Of a DNA stretch of 64,000 bases, positions 1-12,069 are shown in pieces. The notes below the pieces were generated by a model that was given only the letters and a program-made list of their open reading frames with translations, did not search any database and was not told where the DNA came from. The stretch spans positions 1,240,001-1,304,000 of the forward strand of contig MU054738.1 of NCBI GenBank assembly GCA_013239625.1. The letters are read 5' to 3'. The stretch is from Lama guanicoe (taxonomy: Eukaryota). The translations under genes and the position numbers were made by a program. Each line of letters begins with the position of its first letter. Position 1 is the first letter of the stretch.

Positions 1-1
1 G

Positions 2-460
2 CCTAAGCCTGAACTCACCGAAGATCAGAAGCAAGAAGTTCGCGAAGCCTTTGACCTCTTCGATGCCGACGGAAGCGGCACCATCGACGTGAGGGAGCTG
101 AAGGTGGCCATGAGAGCGCTGGGCTTCGAACCCAAGAAGGAGGAGATGAAGAGGATGATCTCCGAGGTAGACAAGGAGGGCACAGGGAAGATCAGCTTCA
201 ATGACTTCTTGGCCGTGATGACTCAGAAGATGGCCGAGAAAGACACCAAAGAAGAAATCCTGAAGGCTTTCAGGCTCTTTGATGATGATGAAACCGGGAA
301 GATCTCTTTTAAAAACCTCAAGCGTGTGGCCAACGAGTTGGGGGAAAACCTCACTGATGAGGAGCTGCAGGAAATGATTGACGAAGCCGATCGGGATGGA
401 GACGGCGAAGTGAACGAGGAAGAGTTTCTTCGGATCATGAAAAAGACCAGCCTCTATTAA
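2..460 (+). CDS. CETN1: Centrin-1 (four EF-hand Ca2+-binding centriolar protein), intronless retrogene; 5'-partial, ~20 N-terminal codons lie before the window
   Basis: Open frame from base 2: [44 protein letters not shown]...[23 protein letters not shown], no introns; synteny with CLUL1-TYMS-ENOSF1. Confidence 0.97.
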   Translation, partial: PKPELTEDQKQEVREAFDLFDADGSGTIDVRELKVAMRALGFEPKKEEMKRMISEVDKEGTGKISFNDFLAVMTQKMAEKDTKEEILKAFRLFDDDETGKISFKNLKRVANELGENLTDEELQEMIDEADRDGDGEVNEEEFLRIMKKTSLY

Positions 461-1136
461 AATCAGTTTCTCCTGTAAGCAAGCGCATGTAGAGAAGTCG
501 AGTGACTTGCTGGGTTCCCTGCTTCTGTTTTGTGAAACCTTGAGTTAAAGGACAACACTGTCTCTCCTCTTACCCCCAATTTGTCCAGATAGTTCTGTTT
601 CTAAATCGCTTGCTCAATTATAGAGTTTTAAAGATGCTTTTGACGTGAATTTTGGTTTTTAATTCCCAAGAGCAGACCTGGAGTAGTTTAGGTTGAATCA
701 AGCATCCTGAAACTTCGGTCCACCTACCATTTGCCCTGCCTTGATGGCCAGCCATTAAACTGAAGGCAAGTTGGCTTCTTGGGACAAACAGCCATGTGGG
801 CCCCTTGTCACTTCTTGGGTCGTCTTAAATTATCTTGCCTCATATATGACTCCTTAAATTCAAGTCATTGTTCTCACTTGATAAGGTGGAATTGCCGGCG
901 GGTCATCCTAGCCATTGCTTTTCACTCGACTGAATAGTGGTTTGAAGGAAAACAGCAAAGCCATTTATTGAGCTCAGGAAAGATACTGTTCTAAGGTATA
1001 GGCTGGCCTTTGGCTGGTGTTAAATGGTGCAACTTAGGCTATTCTCTGCCTTTATCACATGCAGATGACTCTTCATTTGTGTGCACATTATCTCCTGTGG
1101 GTTATCTGGGGGCCAGAGTGTATTCTTGAGTTACAG

Positions 1137-1142
1137 AATAAA
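1137..1142 (+). terminator. CETN1: Probable CETN1 polyadenylation signal AATAAA
   Basis: Canonical AATAAA ~680 nt after the stop codon. Confidence 0.6.
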
Positions 1143-3009
1143 AACAGAATTTGATACTGGCCAAAGCAAAGTCTAATTTGCTTAAGAGATTAAGCCAGCT
1201 AATGATTTTGAGTAAATATTTACACATGTAAGATCTTAGTTTAGGAAACTGTAAAAAAGTATCTGTAATACATTTTAAACTACTTATCTGTCCTTGGAAA
1301 GATCAACTAGTGTTTCAGTTGTTAGACTAACTACACTAAACCTTGGTCACTTTATTACTGCTTTATTACAAGCCACTGTCTGCCTTCTAATTCTGAGAAC
1401 ATCTGGGTTTCTTATATTTAATTATCCCCCTTCTGGTATATAGTTGGTGCCAGAGTGTTAGGGGTATAAGTTGTTCTGTGTTTTACAATCCCAAGAAGCT
1501 GTTCACTGCAGCTGTATGTGTGCTGATACTACTTGTTCTCTGTTATAAATTAAGCCTTTCTTGTTTTGAGGTAAGATACCTACCCTTTTGAACATCTACA
1601 AACATGAAGTTAGGGGAAATTTCAATAATATAATTGTGGGAAGATAATATAATCTATCTGCTGAGATGGAAGTCTAGACAAATGTTTTGATAACTGGAAA
1701 CAAAACTATTATACAGGCAAGATGTTTTGGTCGCAACTAAACCTAAATTAAATCTTCATACAAAGACCCATTAAAGTAAATGTTGAAATTCTGGGAAAAT
1801 CTTCACTTGCTTTGCCAGCAATTTTACCCTTCAGAGGGTCGTGAATCTAATCAGGGGAACGAGTACCCTGGGTTTAATTCTCATTAACCGGGACTGATTT
1901 GTCAAGGCAGCAGCACTAGCTGAAGTGATGAGCACGTGGGCATTCACTGGAAGAAAGGATTTTGCTGAGGTGGCTGGCACGGTGCAGGGGAACTCGCCCA
2001 GGCTGCAAATGCTAGCAGATCAGGTTCAAGGTCTTCGTGTGGATTCAGGTGCAGTTGTAAGGGGTACAGGTGCAAGTTGGGCCAGAATCAGTGTGAAGGG
2101 CCTGAGCGGAGGGCGAGGGGAGGGGTGTGGCTTTCTTGGAAACAAGAGTCCCTGGCATCCTGTTGGCCAGAGTCTTGTCCCAGGGATCGACATATGGATC
2201 AAGGTAGAAAAACCAGAAACAGAGTTGGCAGAAACTGGGAGAAAGGGTCAGAGCCTCAGCCAGCTGGACTGGGTTCACTTTTGGCTCCTAGCCCAGCAGA
2301 GGATAGAAGCATAAACCGGGAACCGGGGCTGAGGCCCAGTGATCAGGCTTCCCAGACAGCATGGGGTCAATGGTGGAGGCTGTAGCCCAGTACTTAAAGG
2401 GTTGCCTTAAGGACACCGTCCATCCCACACACACATCCCACTCCAGAATATTTGAGTCCCATTCACTGCTAAGGAGGAACCTCTCAATGCACTTAGTCTT
2501 GCTTCTCTATTGGCTTGTGTTCTGGGGGATGGACAGTAAAGCGGGGGCAGGGGGACAACCAGAGCAGGCCAAGGTTGACATGGGAATTTTAAGAGAAGTT
2601 AATTGTATCACAGTCTTTACACAAGGAGAACACAAAAACTTCAATGAAAATTTATGAACACCTTTTTGCAGATGAGTGAACACAGCTATAAAAGTTAAGA
2701 AGAACTGAAAAAGGAATTTACTGGGCTATTACAAATGGTCCCAGTAAAGAAGCAGAACCAAAGAAAGCTGCGTGACTGCGCAGGGAGCTCACTGATAAGC
2801 CCTCACTTCCCAATGATACAGGTAGCAGAGGAAAAGCAGAACAGCAGGGCCAAAGGTGAAAACATGAGTCTCAAGGTTGTGTTGATACCAACAAAGCCAA
2901 TGCCTCAGTGAGCAGAGGACTGTGAAAGGGACTTTTTTTTCCTCATAGCATCTTAGTCGTGTTTAAAATAAGATTGAGGATGGAGTAAGTCCAACTCTTT
3001 AAATTGCTG

Positions 3010-3440
3010 CATGTTGGTTTCCATGGAAAGCAGACTCTGAGACTGAGTTTTGTGTGCAGGAAGTTGATTTGAGTGTGTTTTCTGGATCACACGGCTGAGG
3101 GGGAAAGAAACCAGGACTGGACAGAGGGAGAAACGGGGCTACCATGTGGTCCCAGCAGAGGCCTCAGCTGATCTCACGGGGGGAGCAAGGCTGACCCTGC
3201 AGACCACCCAAATTGGGACAAGGAGGCTGGGCCTTTAAAATCTGTCATTGATTGACAGTCACTGGACATGAGCTGGCCCTAGGAAGAGGGTATGACCTGG
3301 AGCAAGGTGGCTGTCCTCAGCCAAGGGCAGTTGATCCCTGGGAGGGAAACTCCATCACAAACTATTAGCTGTCAGGACTTCCGGCAGCTGGGGGGCTGAC
3401 TTCAGTTCTGAAGTTCCGGCCCGGCTGAGACCTGGGCGAT
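3010..3440 (-). mobile_element. Ancient ERVL-type LTR relic (LTR16-like)
   Basis: Motifs 'gcagactctgagactgagtttt...caggaagtt' and 'aggactggacagagggagaa' resemble LTR16-family consensus (recalled). Confidence 0.55.
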
Positions 3441-4471
3441 GCCCCACACCTTACACCGTTTAGGTGGACTGGCTTTGTATAAGTTCTGGGAGAAGGTTTT
3501 TCAGAATTCTGATGGATCTCTCTCCTTGAGGGAAATGTATAAAAGGAGAACTAGAGGGACAAACCACAGCCCCATCACAGCAGCTGGTCTCAAGGCCACA
3601 GGTCCTACTCATCACCTCCCCACCACCATGGTGATTCCCCTCAGGGCGTCTGCTAACGTCCGTGCCTCGCCCGGTTGGCAGACCCAGACCTGCATCCCTG
3701 AGGAGTCTGAGCCCCCAGTCACCATGCCTTTCCCAGGCTCTGGCTGCTGCCCTCCTCCCTCTGCCCTCCAAACCAAGTGGAGGAGCATCTGGAGACATTC
3801 AAGTGTATTCCCTGGGCGCCAAAGAACCCTGCCCATGTCCCACCAGCAGCTCTGCCTCCTCCTGATGACCAGGAGCAGTTCTCATAGTGGTGATTCCTTT
3901 CCCTGGCTGCTGCTCTCTCAGCGTGAGGAAACCACTGTAACTGGGTGGCACATATAGTTTGAAATTTAATGGGACTCACAGTGCCCACTGAGGGCATCAT
4001 TCCCGCTCTGGGAGCCAAGGTCTCTCAATGCACAGAGCTCAGTGCTATGGGGCTGGGAAGCACAAATGAAAGAGTGAATGACTGGGGGTTGTGGTGAGAA
4101 CTACTTCCATCCTTGGTTTGCTGGACCCATGTGTTCTGCCTAAGAGGTACCACCCCACGTAATGGTCATTGATTTAGAGTGTGTACTGCATCCTGGAGGA
4201 AAGGCATCCTCACTGGTCATCATGTCCACCATCATGTCCATCATGTCTGACCACTGTCGGAACCCACTTATATTCTAATTCCAGGCCACTTTTCTTTCCA
4301 CACAAAATGGATTCTGTTCTATCAGAAATTCTGTCCATTGGGAGGGTTTCCTGTCTCACTGCTGTCTTTCTGGTCCACCCTTGAACGTAGTGCAGTGTAC
4401 CAAGCTGACTTATCCCCAAACCAAGTTCAGTGTTTTTACTCCTCCAATAATTAATCATAAGAGATTCCTAA

Positions 4472-4668
4472 AAGGACCTACTGAAGAGCACAGGGAACTA
4501 TATTTAATATCTTATAATAACCTATAATGGAAAAGAATCTGAAAAGAAGATATATATATTCTTTTGATATATATGTATAGAAAAAGAATACATGTATATC
4601 TGAAGCACTTTGCTGTACACCTGAAACTAACACAATATTGTAAATCAACTATACTTCCATTAAGAAAA
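4472..4668 (+). mobile_element. 5'-truncated L1 3' end
   Basis: 'gcacagggaactatatttaatatctt...tttgctgtacacctgaaactaacacaatattgtaaatcaactatacttc', typical cetartiodactyl L1 3'UTR. Confidence 0.85.
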
Positions 4669-5044
4669 ATTTCTTTTAAACCATGGTGTTCAGCTAATGT
4701 ATATATTTGAAAGTATAAAGCAGAATCATAAAAATAATCAAAAAGGTGATTTAAACCTAGGGTCTGCAAATGCACCCTATTTAATCATCTGTGGTAACAT
4801 AGTATGATATTTACTTTTCCAAGCTAACTATATGTGAAATGGAATGTATTTAGATAGAGACTCTTTAGACTGGCATATTCGATTTTGATTTTAACCACCC
4901 AACAAAATTACTTTTCCTATAGAAGAACATTTTATTACTACAGTTGGTGACGATACTTACAGAAAATATCTTCCTTGTGATGGTTGTTGCCTGATATGTT
5001 GACCATCCGAGGTGATGATCTAAAGTGATGTGTGTGATTTTAAC

Positions 5045-5235
5045 AATAGCCAACACATAAATAGCACTTACTCTTTACCACTCGCTACTCTAGGAGCATA
5101 TATATATTATATATATATTATTATCTCCATTTTACAAAAGAAGAAACTGAGGCATGGAGAGATTAAATAATCTGTGCAAGGTTACATAGTAAGTGGCAAA
5201 GGGACGATTTGAACCCAGTCTGACCCTAAGTCTAG
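5045..5235 (-). mobile_element. MIR SINE
   Basis: MIR core reverse complement 'atctccattttacaaaagaagaaactgaggcatggagagattaaataa...gatttgaaccca'. Confidence 0.8.
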
Positions 5236-5312
5236 ACTCAAAATTTATACCCTGTCCCCTACCCTAACTCATTAATTTAGTTTAATGAGCTTGTCAGGAC
5301 CTGTCCACTCCA

Positions 5313-5715
5313 AAGTACTTGACCCCTTCAAAAGTCATGCTTAACCAATGGTGCTGCTGGCCTCAGAATATCTTTGGAACTCCTCTTTTGGAGACAATCT
5401 AAAAAGCTCTGGCATATTCTTCTGAACATTCTTAGGAGACAAATCTAATTCCAGTGAGACTGGGCTTAAGTTTTGGAAATAGCCTCAAGTTATTTGTACT
5501 CAAATCTGATGAGCAAAGTGGCTGGAAAAGCTGGATATTATCATTTGAGGTTTAAAACTGTAAACGCCACTGAAATAAAGAGCCTAATTTCTTTGAATGG
5601 TTTGTAAACTGGCTTTGAAGTTCCTTCCAAAAGAGAAGCACCAGAAAGGTGGTGACTGAAGACAGCATCACTGGAGCAAGTCTCTAATCACCAAGGCAAC
5701 CCAGTGTTTTGAAGG
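5313..5715. mobile_element. Ancient mariner-derived element (MARNA-like) with inverted arms
   Basis: Minus strand encodes decayed SSDLSTNNLRLFPK (mariner SPDLAPxDFxLFPK motif) and PKEEFQ...QHHW; an inverted copy of the PKE...QHHW segment lies on plus at ~5627-5715. Confidence 0.6.
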
Positions 5716-6959
5716 AACAACACTCATTGGGATTTGCACATCTGGTGATGTTATTTTCAAAGTTATACACTGCACAGATGCATCTTTTTTTTTTTACAAG
5801 AACTGTTTTTGCATTTATTAAGAAATAAAAAGGAGGGGAAAGAGACCAAATAGGAGATTTCCATGAATTACGTACTTGAATAACATAGCTCTTCATTAGG
5901 TGACATTAGGGAGAAAAGATAAAGTCTTTGCCAAGTCAGATAGAAGTAACAGGGTCATCAGATCATCTTAGGGCAGCAGTAGCTTCCTAGCGAGACAGAC
6001 CTAAGCACAGAGCCAATTCCTAGCTGGTTTTTGAGGAAAAATTACTTCTCTGAGCCTTAGTATCTTTATCTGTAAAACGACATCTTGTCAGGATGTTGTC
6101 AGTCAGAAATAATTTATATAAAGGGACCTGACACACAGTAGACCAATAAAGGGAAGACGTTAAAAATCATAATTGATGAAGTGTACCCCAAAAGACAAAG
6201 TAGATGAATAAGCACATCCCTCTCACACACAGAATTCAGTAACCTCAGAGAAGTGCTGTCTAAAATAAACCTGCCTACTGATGCAACCTTCACCCCCAAG
6301 GACTACTGAGAGGAAATTTGGGACCCAACGTGGGGTAAATATTTAAAAATTTCATGGCTCCTTAGCAAAGGTAGGCTTGCAATTTCTGTTGGCTTCCCTG
6401 CTCTCCAACTACCTCCTCCATCATCCAGAGTTTGTGACTCTGGGGCGGAATCTGGCTTGCACGGACTCACTTGGCGGCTCCTGGAACTGCCCACAGCCGT
6501 CCCTGGTGTAGGTCGGTGCAGCGCACAGCCCGCGGGCAGGGGGAGGCGGAGACCCACTCGTTAAATCCAGCTCCCGGCACTGGGAGCAATTGCCCAGAAG
6601 TACCTTTTACTCTGCACACAGGCAACGACTGCTTCCCCAACCCCCACCTTTTTATCTGCCAGAGGGGTGCTTTTCTTCTAATCTGCATTGTGTATGTTAC
6701 TCATGGCCCTGCCATCAGAATGTTCTTTGGTTTGTTTTTCTTTTTTAACTGAGTTAGGTTGCCAAGTTTGAAAAGTCAAGGATTTTATGCAAGAATCTAT
6801 ATTTCTAGCTTCTCTTGAAAAACGGTTTGTTCTTTCCACAGTAGGCCCACATTCCATCCTGACAACATTTTAGCTGGAGCCAAATGGCCACTGCTCCCTG
6901 CAGACCTGGACGGCTGGTTCTCTGCAGGTTCTGAGAGCCCATTAGGTGTCCCATCCGTA

Positions 6960-7088
6960 GAGCAGGGACGAGGGTCGGGGGTGCGGCGTGGGGGTGAGGG
7001 CGGTACTAACGCTCTGGGCTGACAGCTGATCGCCACCTGTGGCACGGATGCCTCCAGGGGGCAGCACTTGCACGCATATGAGTGACAG
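6960..7088 (+). other. CLUL1: Candidate distal non-coding exon 1 of CLUL1 (5' boundary uncertain)
   Basis: 'tggcacggatgcctccagggggcagcact...tgacag|gtgag' resembles the first exon of human CLUL1/HKNG1 cDNA as recalled; strong donor at 7089; locally CpG-richer. Confidence 0.65.
7047..7067 (+). promoter_or_regulatory. CTCF-like motif
   Basis: CCTCCAGGGGGCAGC matches the CTCF core CCASYAGRKGGCRS with one mismatch. Confidence 0.5.
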
Positions 7089-8699
7089 GTGAGCTGTGAC
7101 ATGCTTTGGCAGGGAGGACTCTCTCCTCACCGCTCCTGCCCACTTCACTCTCAGGTCAGGCAGACTCCGTGGTGTCCGGCCTCTCCGGCGTGGGCAGATC
7201 AAAGCCGCCCCCTGTTCTTGCTGGGGGACGTGGGGACAGTGGTGGCTACATCTGACAGGCGAGTACCAATGCCAGGCCGCTCACAGAGCTCTCAGTGCAG
7301 TTTGCTAAATTCAGCACGGGAGGGAACTGGGAAAGGGCCCGGTGATTTCAATCCACGTTCCTGATGGGCCCTGGTTAATGATGTTAATGAAACGAGGAGC
7401 CGCATACACTATTTACGGCTAGATTAAGCCGATTACCCAAGCTTAGCCTACTTTCAATGTGCAAATCTTACCAGTGGACAAAGCAATGCACTGTTAGCTG
7501 TTTTTCTCCCCCTGGGACTTTTCTCTGGTCATTGAAAACAGGAATCCTAACAAGACCAATTTTTTTACCTGTCTCATTCGAGAACTGGGTTTTCAAACTC
7601 CCCTTTCAACATTGATGAAAATCACTTAGTCCCTGACAGTGATTGGGGGAAGTGTCCAGAAATATGCAGCAGCATAATGTTTGAGAGAGAGGAGATGTTG
7701 TTCCCTAATAAAAATGCCATAAATAAAGGATGAATGACCGTGGGAAATGAATTGATAGAGAGAGACATGTCAGAAAGTGGGATAGGAAAAGTCACTTAAA
7801 CTTTGCGTGACCTTGAAGAACGTCATGGCGATGTGTTCTGCCAGGTCCCTGGGACAGTGGGCTGAGCTATGGCTGTTTCTCAAATCGTACTGTCTTGTCG
7901 GCTCCAAACCTTCTTCCTTGGTCAGCCCGCAGTCTCTCTTGCATCTAAAGGGTTGTCTGAGTTCCTCTCTGTTCTTCCCAACCTTTAGGCAGGAGCAGTT
8001 AATGAGACAGTCAGTTCCATGGAAGCGTCTCATTTGTAGCAATGGGAACAGAGGTGCCTCTTTGATAATTTAGAATAGTGCTGAGCAGAGGGTCAGATCT
8101 CCCTGGGGTGGTGTCACAAACTGGAAAAATGGCTGTGGCACTGCAGCTGTTCCAGATTTTCCATGGGCTCACCTTTAAATTAAAAGAATTTCTGCACTTT
8201 CAAGAATTTGAAAACAAAGCCATGTGTGAGAATATGAGACCCGCTCACATACCCTTGCAAGAAATAGGTTGCATTCCTTTTTCTGCACTTACAGAAAAAG
8301 TACCTCCTCTTTTTTTTTAGAATGCCATATATGTAAATGATCCCAAATTAATCTTAAGCATGTGCCCATGTTGTTTTGATTTACTAAACTTTTAAAATAT
8401 GCCCATTGTTCCCTTTTAACAGCTTTTGGCAACATTTTCAGAAATGGAAATATATAAGCAAATTAGCAAATGAGTAGAATTAACAAGCACCACGCAGCAA
8501 GCACTCAAGGTACAAATACTTCTATGATACACAAAAAGCATCAGTGTAGATCTTATAATGCTGTATAAGCTTTCTTAGGTAACTTCACTCTTCATTAGCA
8601 AAGTGCAATGAAATTATATAGAGAGAAGTAAAATAATATAATCACTGGAATAGAATTTTTACACACCTTTAAGTGACTTTGGTTTTGTTTATAAGGGAA

Positions 8700-8935
8700 T
8701 TGTGTGCTGTAGTGGAAAGAAGAAAAAGATCTGAGTTAGGTAGAATTTTAATTCTCTACCTTAACAGTTTTGTGACATTGGGCAAATTACTTGACTTCTC
8801 TGATCCTTGTTTTATTTACTGTAAGTTGGAGTTGGTAATACTTGTATCACAGGGTTGAAAAGATTAAGTGAAATTCTGTGTAAAATGTCTAACAGGGTGC
8901 CTGACACAGGGTAAGATGCTCAGTTAAGGTAGCTC
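8700..8935 (+). mobile_element. MIR SINE
   Basis: 'tgtgacattgggcaaattacttgacttctctg...ctgtaagttggag...gtgcctgacacag'. Confidence 0.8.
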
Positions 8936-9034
8936 TCATTATTTGCAGTTTTCTCCAGTGATGGTGACTTAAGATGCCTAAATAAATTTTTTAAAACTTT
9001 AGAAATAGTTGATTTTTCAAATTATTTAAATGAT

Positions 9035-9525
9035 GCGGTGATCATTTTGTAATGTATAGACATAACAAATCACTATGTTGTTTAACAGGGACTAACATAG
9101 TGTTTAGGTCAATTATATTTCAAAAACAAACTCATAGGAAAAGAGATCAGATTTGTGGTTACCAGAGGCAGCGGGGTGGGGAGGTGAGGGGAATTGGATG
9201 AGGGCAATCAAAAGATACAAACTTCCAGTTACAAGATAAATATGTATCAGGGATATACTGTACAACATGATAAATGTAATTAACACTGCCGCATTTTATA
9301 TCTAAAAGTTATTAAGTGCATAAATCCTGATTTCTCATCACAAGGAAAAAATTTTTTTCTGTTTCTTTAATTTTGTATCTATATGGATTTTTTAAAATGA
9401 GGTTATTGATTTTCACTAAACTTTTTGCGGTAATCATTACTTTTTGTGATAATGATGTATGTAAGTCAAATCATTATGCTGTACACCTTAAACACATACA
9501 GTGCTATATGTTAAACTGGAAGAAA
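9035..9525 (+). mobile_element. Older L1M 3' end, outer element of a nested insertion
   Basis: L1 3'UTR motifs ('gtggttaccagaggca', 'aaacttccagttacaagataaat', 'atgctgtacaccttaaac'); whole composite 9035-10347 flanked by AAATTATTTAAATGAT (9019-9034 and 10348-10363). Confidence 0.8.
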
Positions 9526-9634
9526 AGAAAGATGTAATTCATATACCACATAATTCCTTCATTTAAAGTGGAAGTTAAACTGGAAGAAAAGAAAGATGTA
9601 ATTCATATACCACATAATTCCTTCATTTAAAGTG
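9510..9634. repeat. Perfect 61-bp tandem duplication with 3-bp spacer
   Basis: GTTAAACTGG...CATTTAAAGTG at 9510-9570 and 9574-9634. Confidence 0.95.
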
Positions 9635-9642
9635 TACCACTC

Positions 9643-10332
9643 AGAATGTAAATTGGTGCAGCAACTATGGAGAAGAGTGTGGAGGTTCCTTAAAAAAATT
9701 AAAAATAGAGTTACCATATGATCCAACAATCTCACGCTTGGGCATCTATACATAGCAAACTCTAATTCAAAAGGATACACACACTCCAGTGTTCACAGCA
9801 GCACTATTTACAATAGCCAAGACATGGAAGCAACCTCAGTGTCCATCGAGGGACATCATTGGATAAAGAATATGTGGTATATGTATACAATGGAATATTA
9901 CTCAGCCGTAAAAAGAATGAAATAATGCCATTTGCGGCAATATGGATGGACCTAGAGATTGTCATAATAAATGAAGTAAGTCAGAGAAAGACAAATATCA
10001 TATGATATCACTTATATGTGGAATCTAAAAAATGATACAAATGAACTTATTGACAAAACAGGAATAGAAAACAAACTTACAGTTACCAAAGGGGAAAGGC
10101 CGAGGAGGGATAAATTAGGAGTTTGGGGTTAACAGATACGCACTGCTATAGATAAAATAGATAACAACATGATCTACTGTATAGCACAGGGAACTATATT
10201 CAATATCTTGTGATACCTATAATGGAAGAGAATCTGAAAAAGAATATATATATATCTGAATCACTTTACTGCACACAAGAAACTAATATAACATTGTAAA
10301 TCAACTATACTTCAATAAAAAATAAAAGTAAA
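9643..10332 (+). mobile_element. Younger 5'-truncated L1 (ORF2 end, 3'UTR, A-rich tail), nested
   Basis: 'aatgtaaattggtgcagcaactatgg...atggatggacctagag...aaatcaactatacttcaataaaaa'; imperfect TSD AAAGTGTACC / AAAGTATACC. Confidence 0.9.
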
Positions 10333-11371
10333 AAAGTATACCTTCCAAAATTATTTAAATGATTTATTCTCAGCACCAAAAATGTCACTGACATTTTTGT
10401 CACTATCATAACATTGTCATATTGTCACAATCATAAAAATTAATAATGATTTAAATCATAAGTATTACTTAAATTATTTCCCTTAATGTCACATCACACA
10501 GGCAAATCTTAATTTTGGTGACTGGTTTATCTATTCCTTTTATTTGCATATGGTCGTCTGGTCTATTACCGCTTGCAAGTTGTTACTGCATACAGTGGTT
10601 GGACTTTTTAAAGAAATTTACTTCAATAGCTTTAGCCTTTCTCACCAAGATTCAAAGCAATCCATTTGCCAATTTTTTTCCAGAAAATCTCTCATAAATA
10701 CTGTATAGTGGCTAAATCTTTCCAGTACTTGCATAAAGGACACATAAATCAGCAATGTATATGATGTTTCTCACTAATAAAAGTTTATCTTAAAGGTTCC
10801 AGAACCAGGCAGTTTTATTGCATATTGAGTTTCTACAGTTCAGCCAAAAGTTTGAGGATAAAGACTTGCTGCAAAAAGTCTTAAATTGTTCTCAACCATT
10901 TTCTCACTTAGCATATACAAAGATTAGCAATGGCCACTGGTACAACAGTTGTGTGTGTGTATTCCTCATGGAGATCATTAGAACAAGGGTCTTGTGTTTG
11001 ACGGAGGAGAAGGCTGGCAAGGTGTCTGGAAATATATCCAGAAACCTGAAGAAATTAGGGGAAAGAAAGTCTTGTTATTTCTTTCAGTGTGCTAGAGTAC
11101 ATTTTGGGTTTACACCTGAGGAACTGATTAGATTAAGTGTTTTTGTAAGGTTTGGAGCTAAGAAAATATAGTCAGTAAAGGATTTTCCTTAGGATTTCCT
11201 CACTGATTCATCAGCAAAGTTAGCAGATTCTAGGTAAAGAAGATTCTATGTTTTACAAAATTCAAGATAACTGTCAAAGAACTAGAACAGCTTTGTCACC
11301 TTTGAACAATGCCTCTTAAGGAAGCTATATTATGAGGAATCAAAATCTGTATTTTTGATTGAGCCTAACTG

Positions 11372-11481
11372 TAGAGTGACCAACTGTCCCAGCTGACCTG
11401 GGATAGAGGATTTCCCAGGCTGAAGATTTCAGTGCTAAAACCAGGACAGTCCTAGGCAGACCAGGATGGTTGGTCACCCTA
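11372..11481. mobile_element. MER81-like hAT-Blackjack MITE
   Basis: TIRs TAGAGTGACCAAC ... GTTGGTCACCCTA, ~110 bp. Confidence 0.8.
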
Positions 11482-12069
11482 CCCAAGGGCCTCACGAGTA
11501 TTGTTAGATAGAGGATCTGGATTCTTTCATGCCGCAAAAATCTACCTGGCTGGCCTGACTCTCAATGGTCAGTGGGCTTTTATTCATTACCTACGGGGCG
11601 CCAGTATCCAGAGATGATGTTGTACAACTGGAGGCGAAACATCTCTAACTGAAACACGCTGTGGTTCTCACGCTTTGTATCCCAGGCTGATAGCCCCACG
11701 TGAATACTTCTGTGTCCGGATTCGTGTTGCTCTTGGAGCTATCAGACTGAATTCAGAAGGCAAGAAGACCAAAATTAACCTTTCCTATGGATTGTGACCT
11801 GGTCATGCTGTAGACATCTAAGTTACATATGAAATCAAGAAGCATTAGAAAACGGGCCAAAGACTAAACAGCTCGCCTGCCTTTCTGCCTACCTTCCTAC
11901 AAATATTAAGTTAAATGTACCATATACCCTAATATTGTAGTTCACTTCCACAAGGATTTATTGAATGATTATTCTGGGCCAAGCCCTGTGCTGGGTGCTG
12001 GGACTGCAAGAGTGAGTGAGAAACCATCCTGCCCGCAGGAATGTTCCGTCTAATGGGGAGATAAACGTG

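Noticed and set aside
1925-4018. ORFs of 100-172 aa (1925-2314, 3439-3957 and overlapping ones)
   Set aside because: No recognisable domains or splice context; partly in or next to LTR relics; expected by chance
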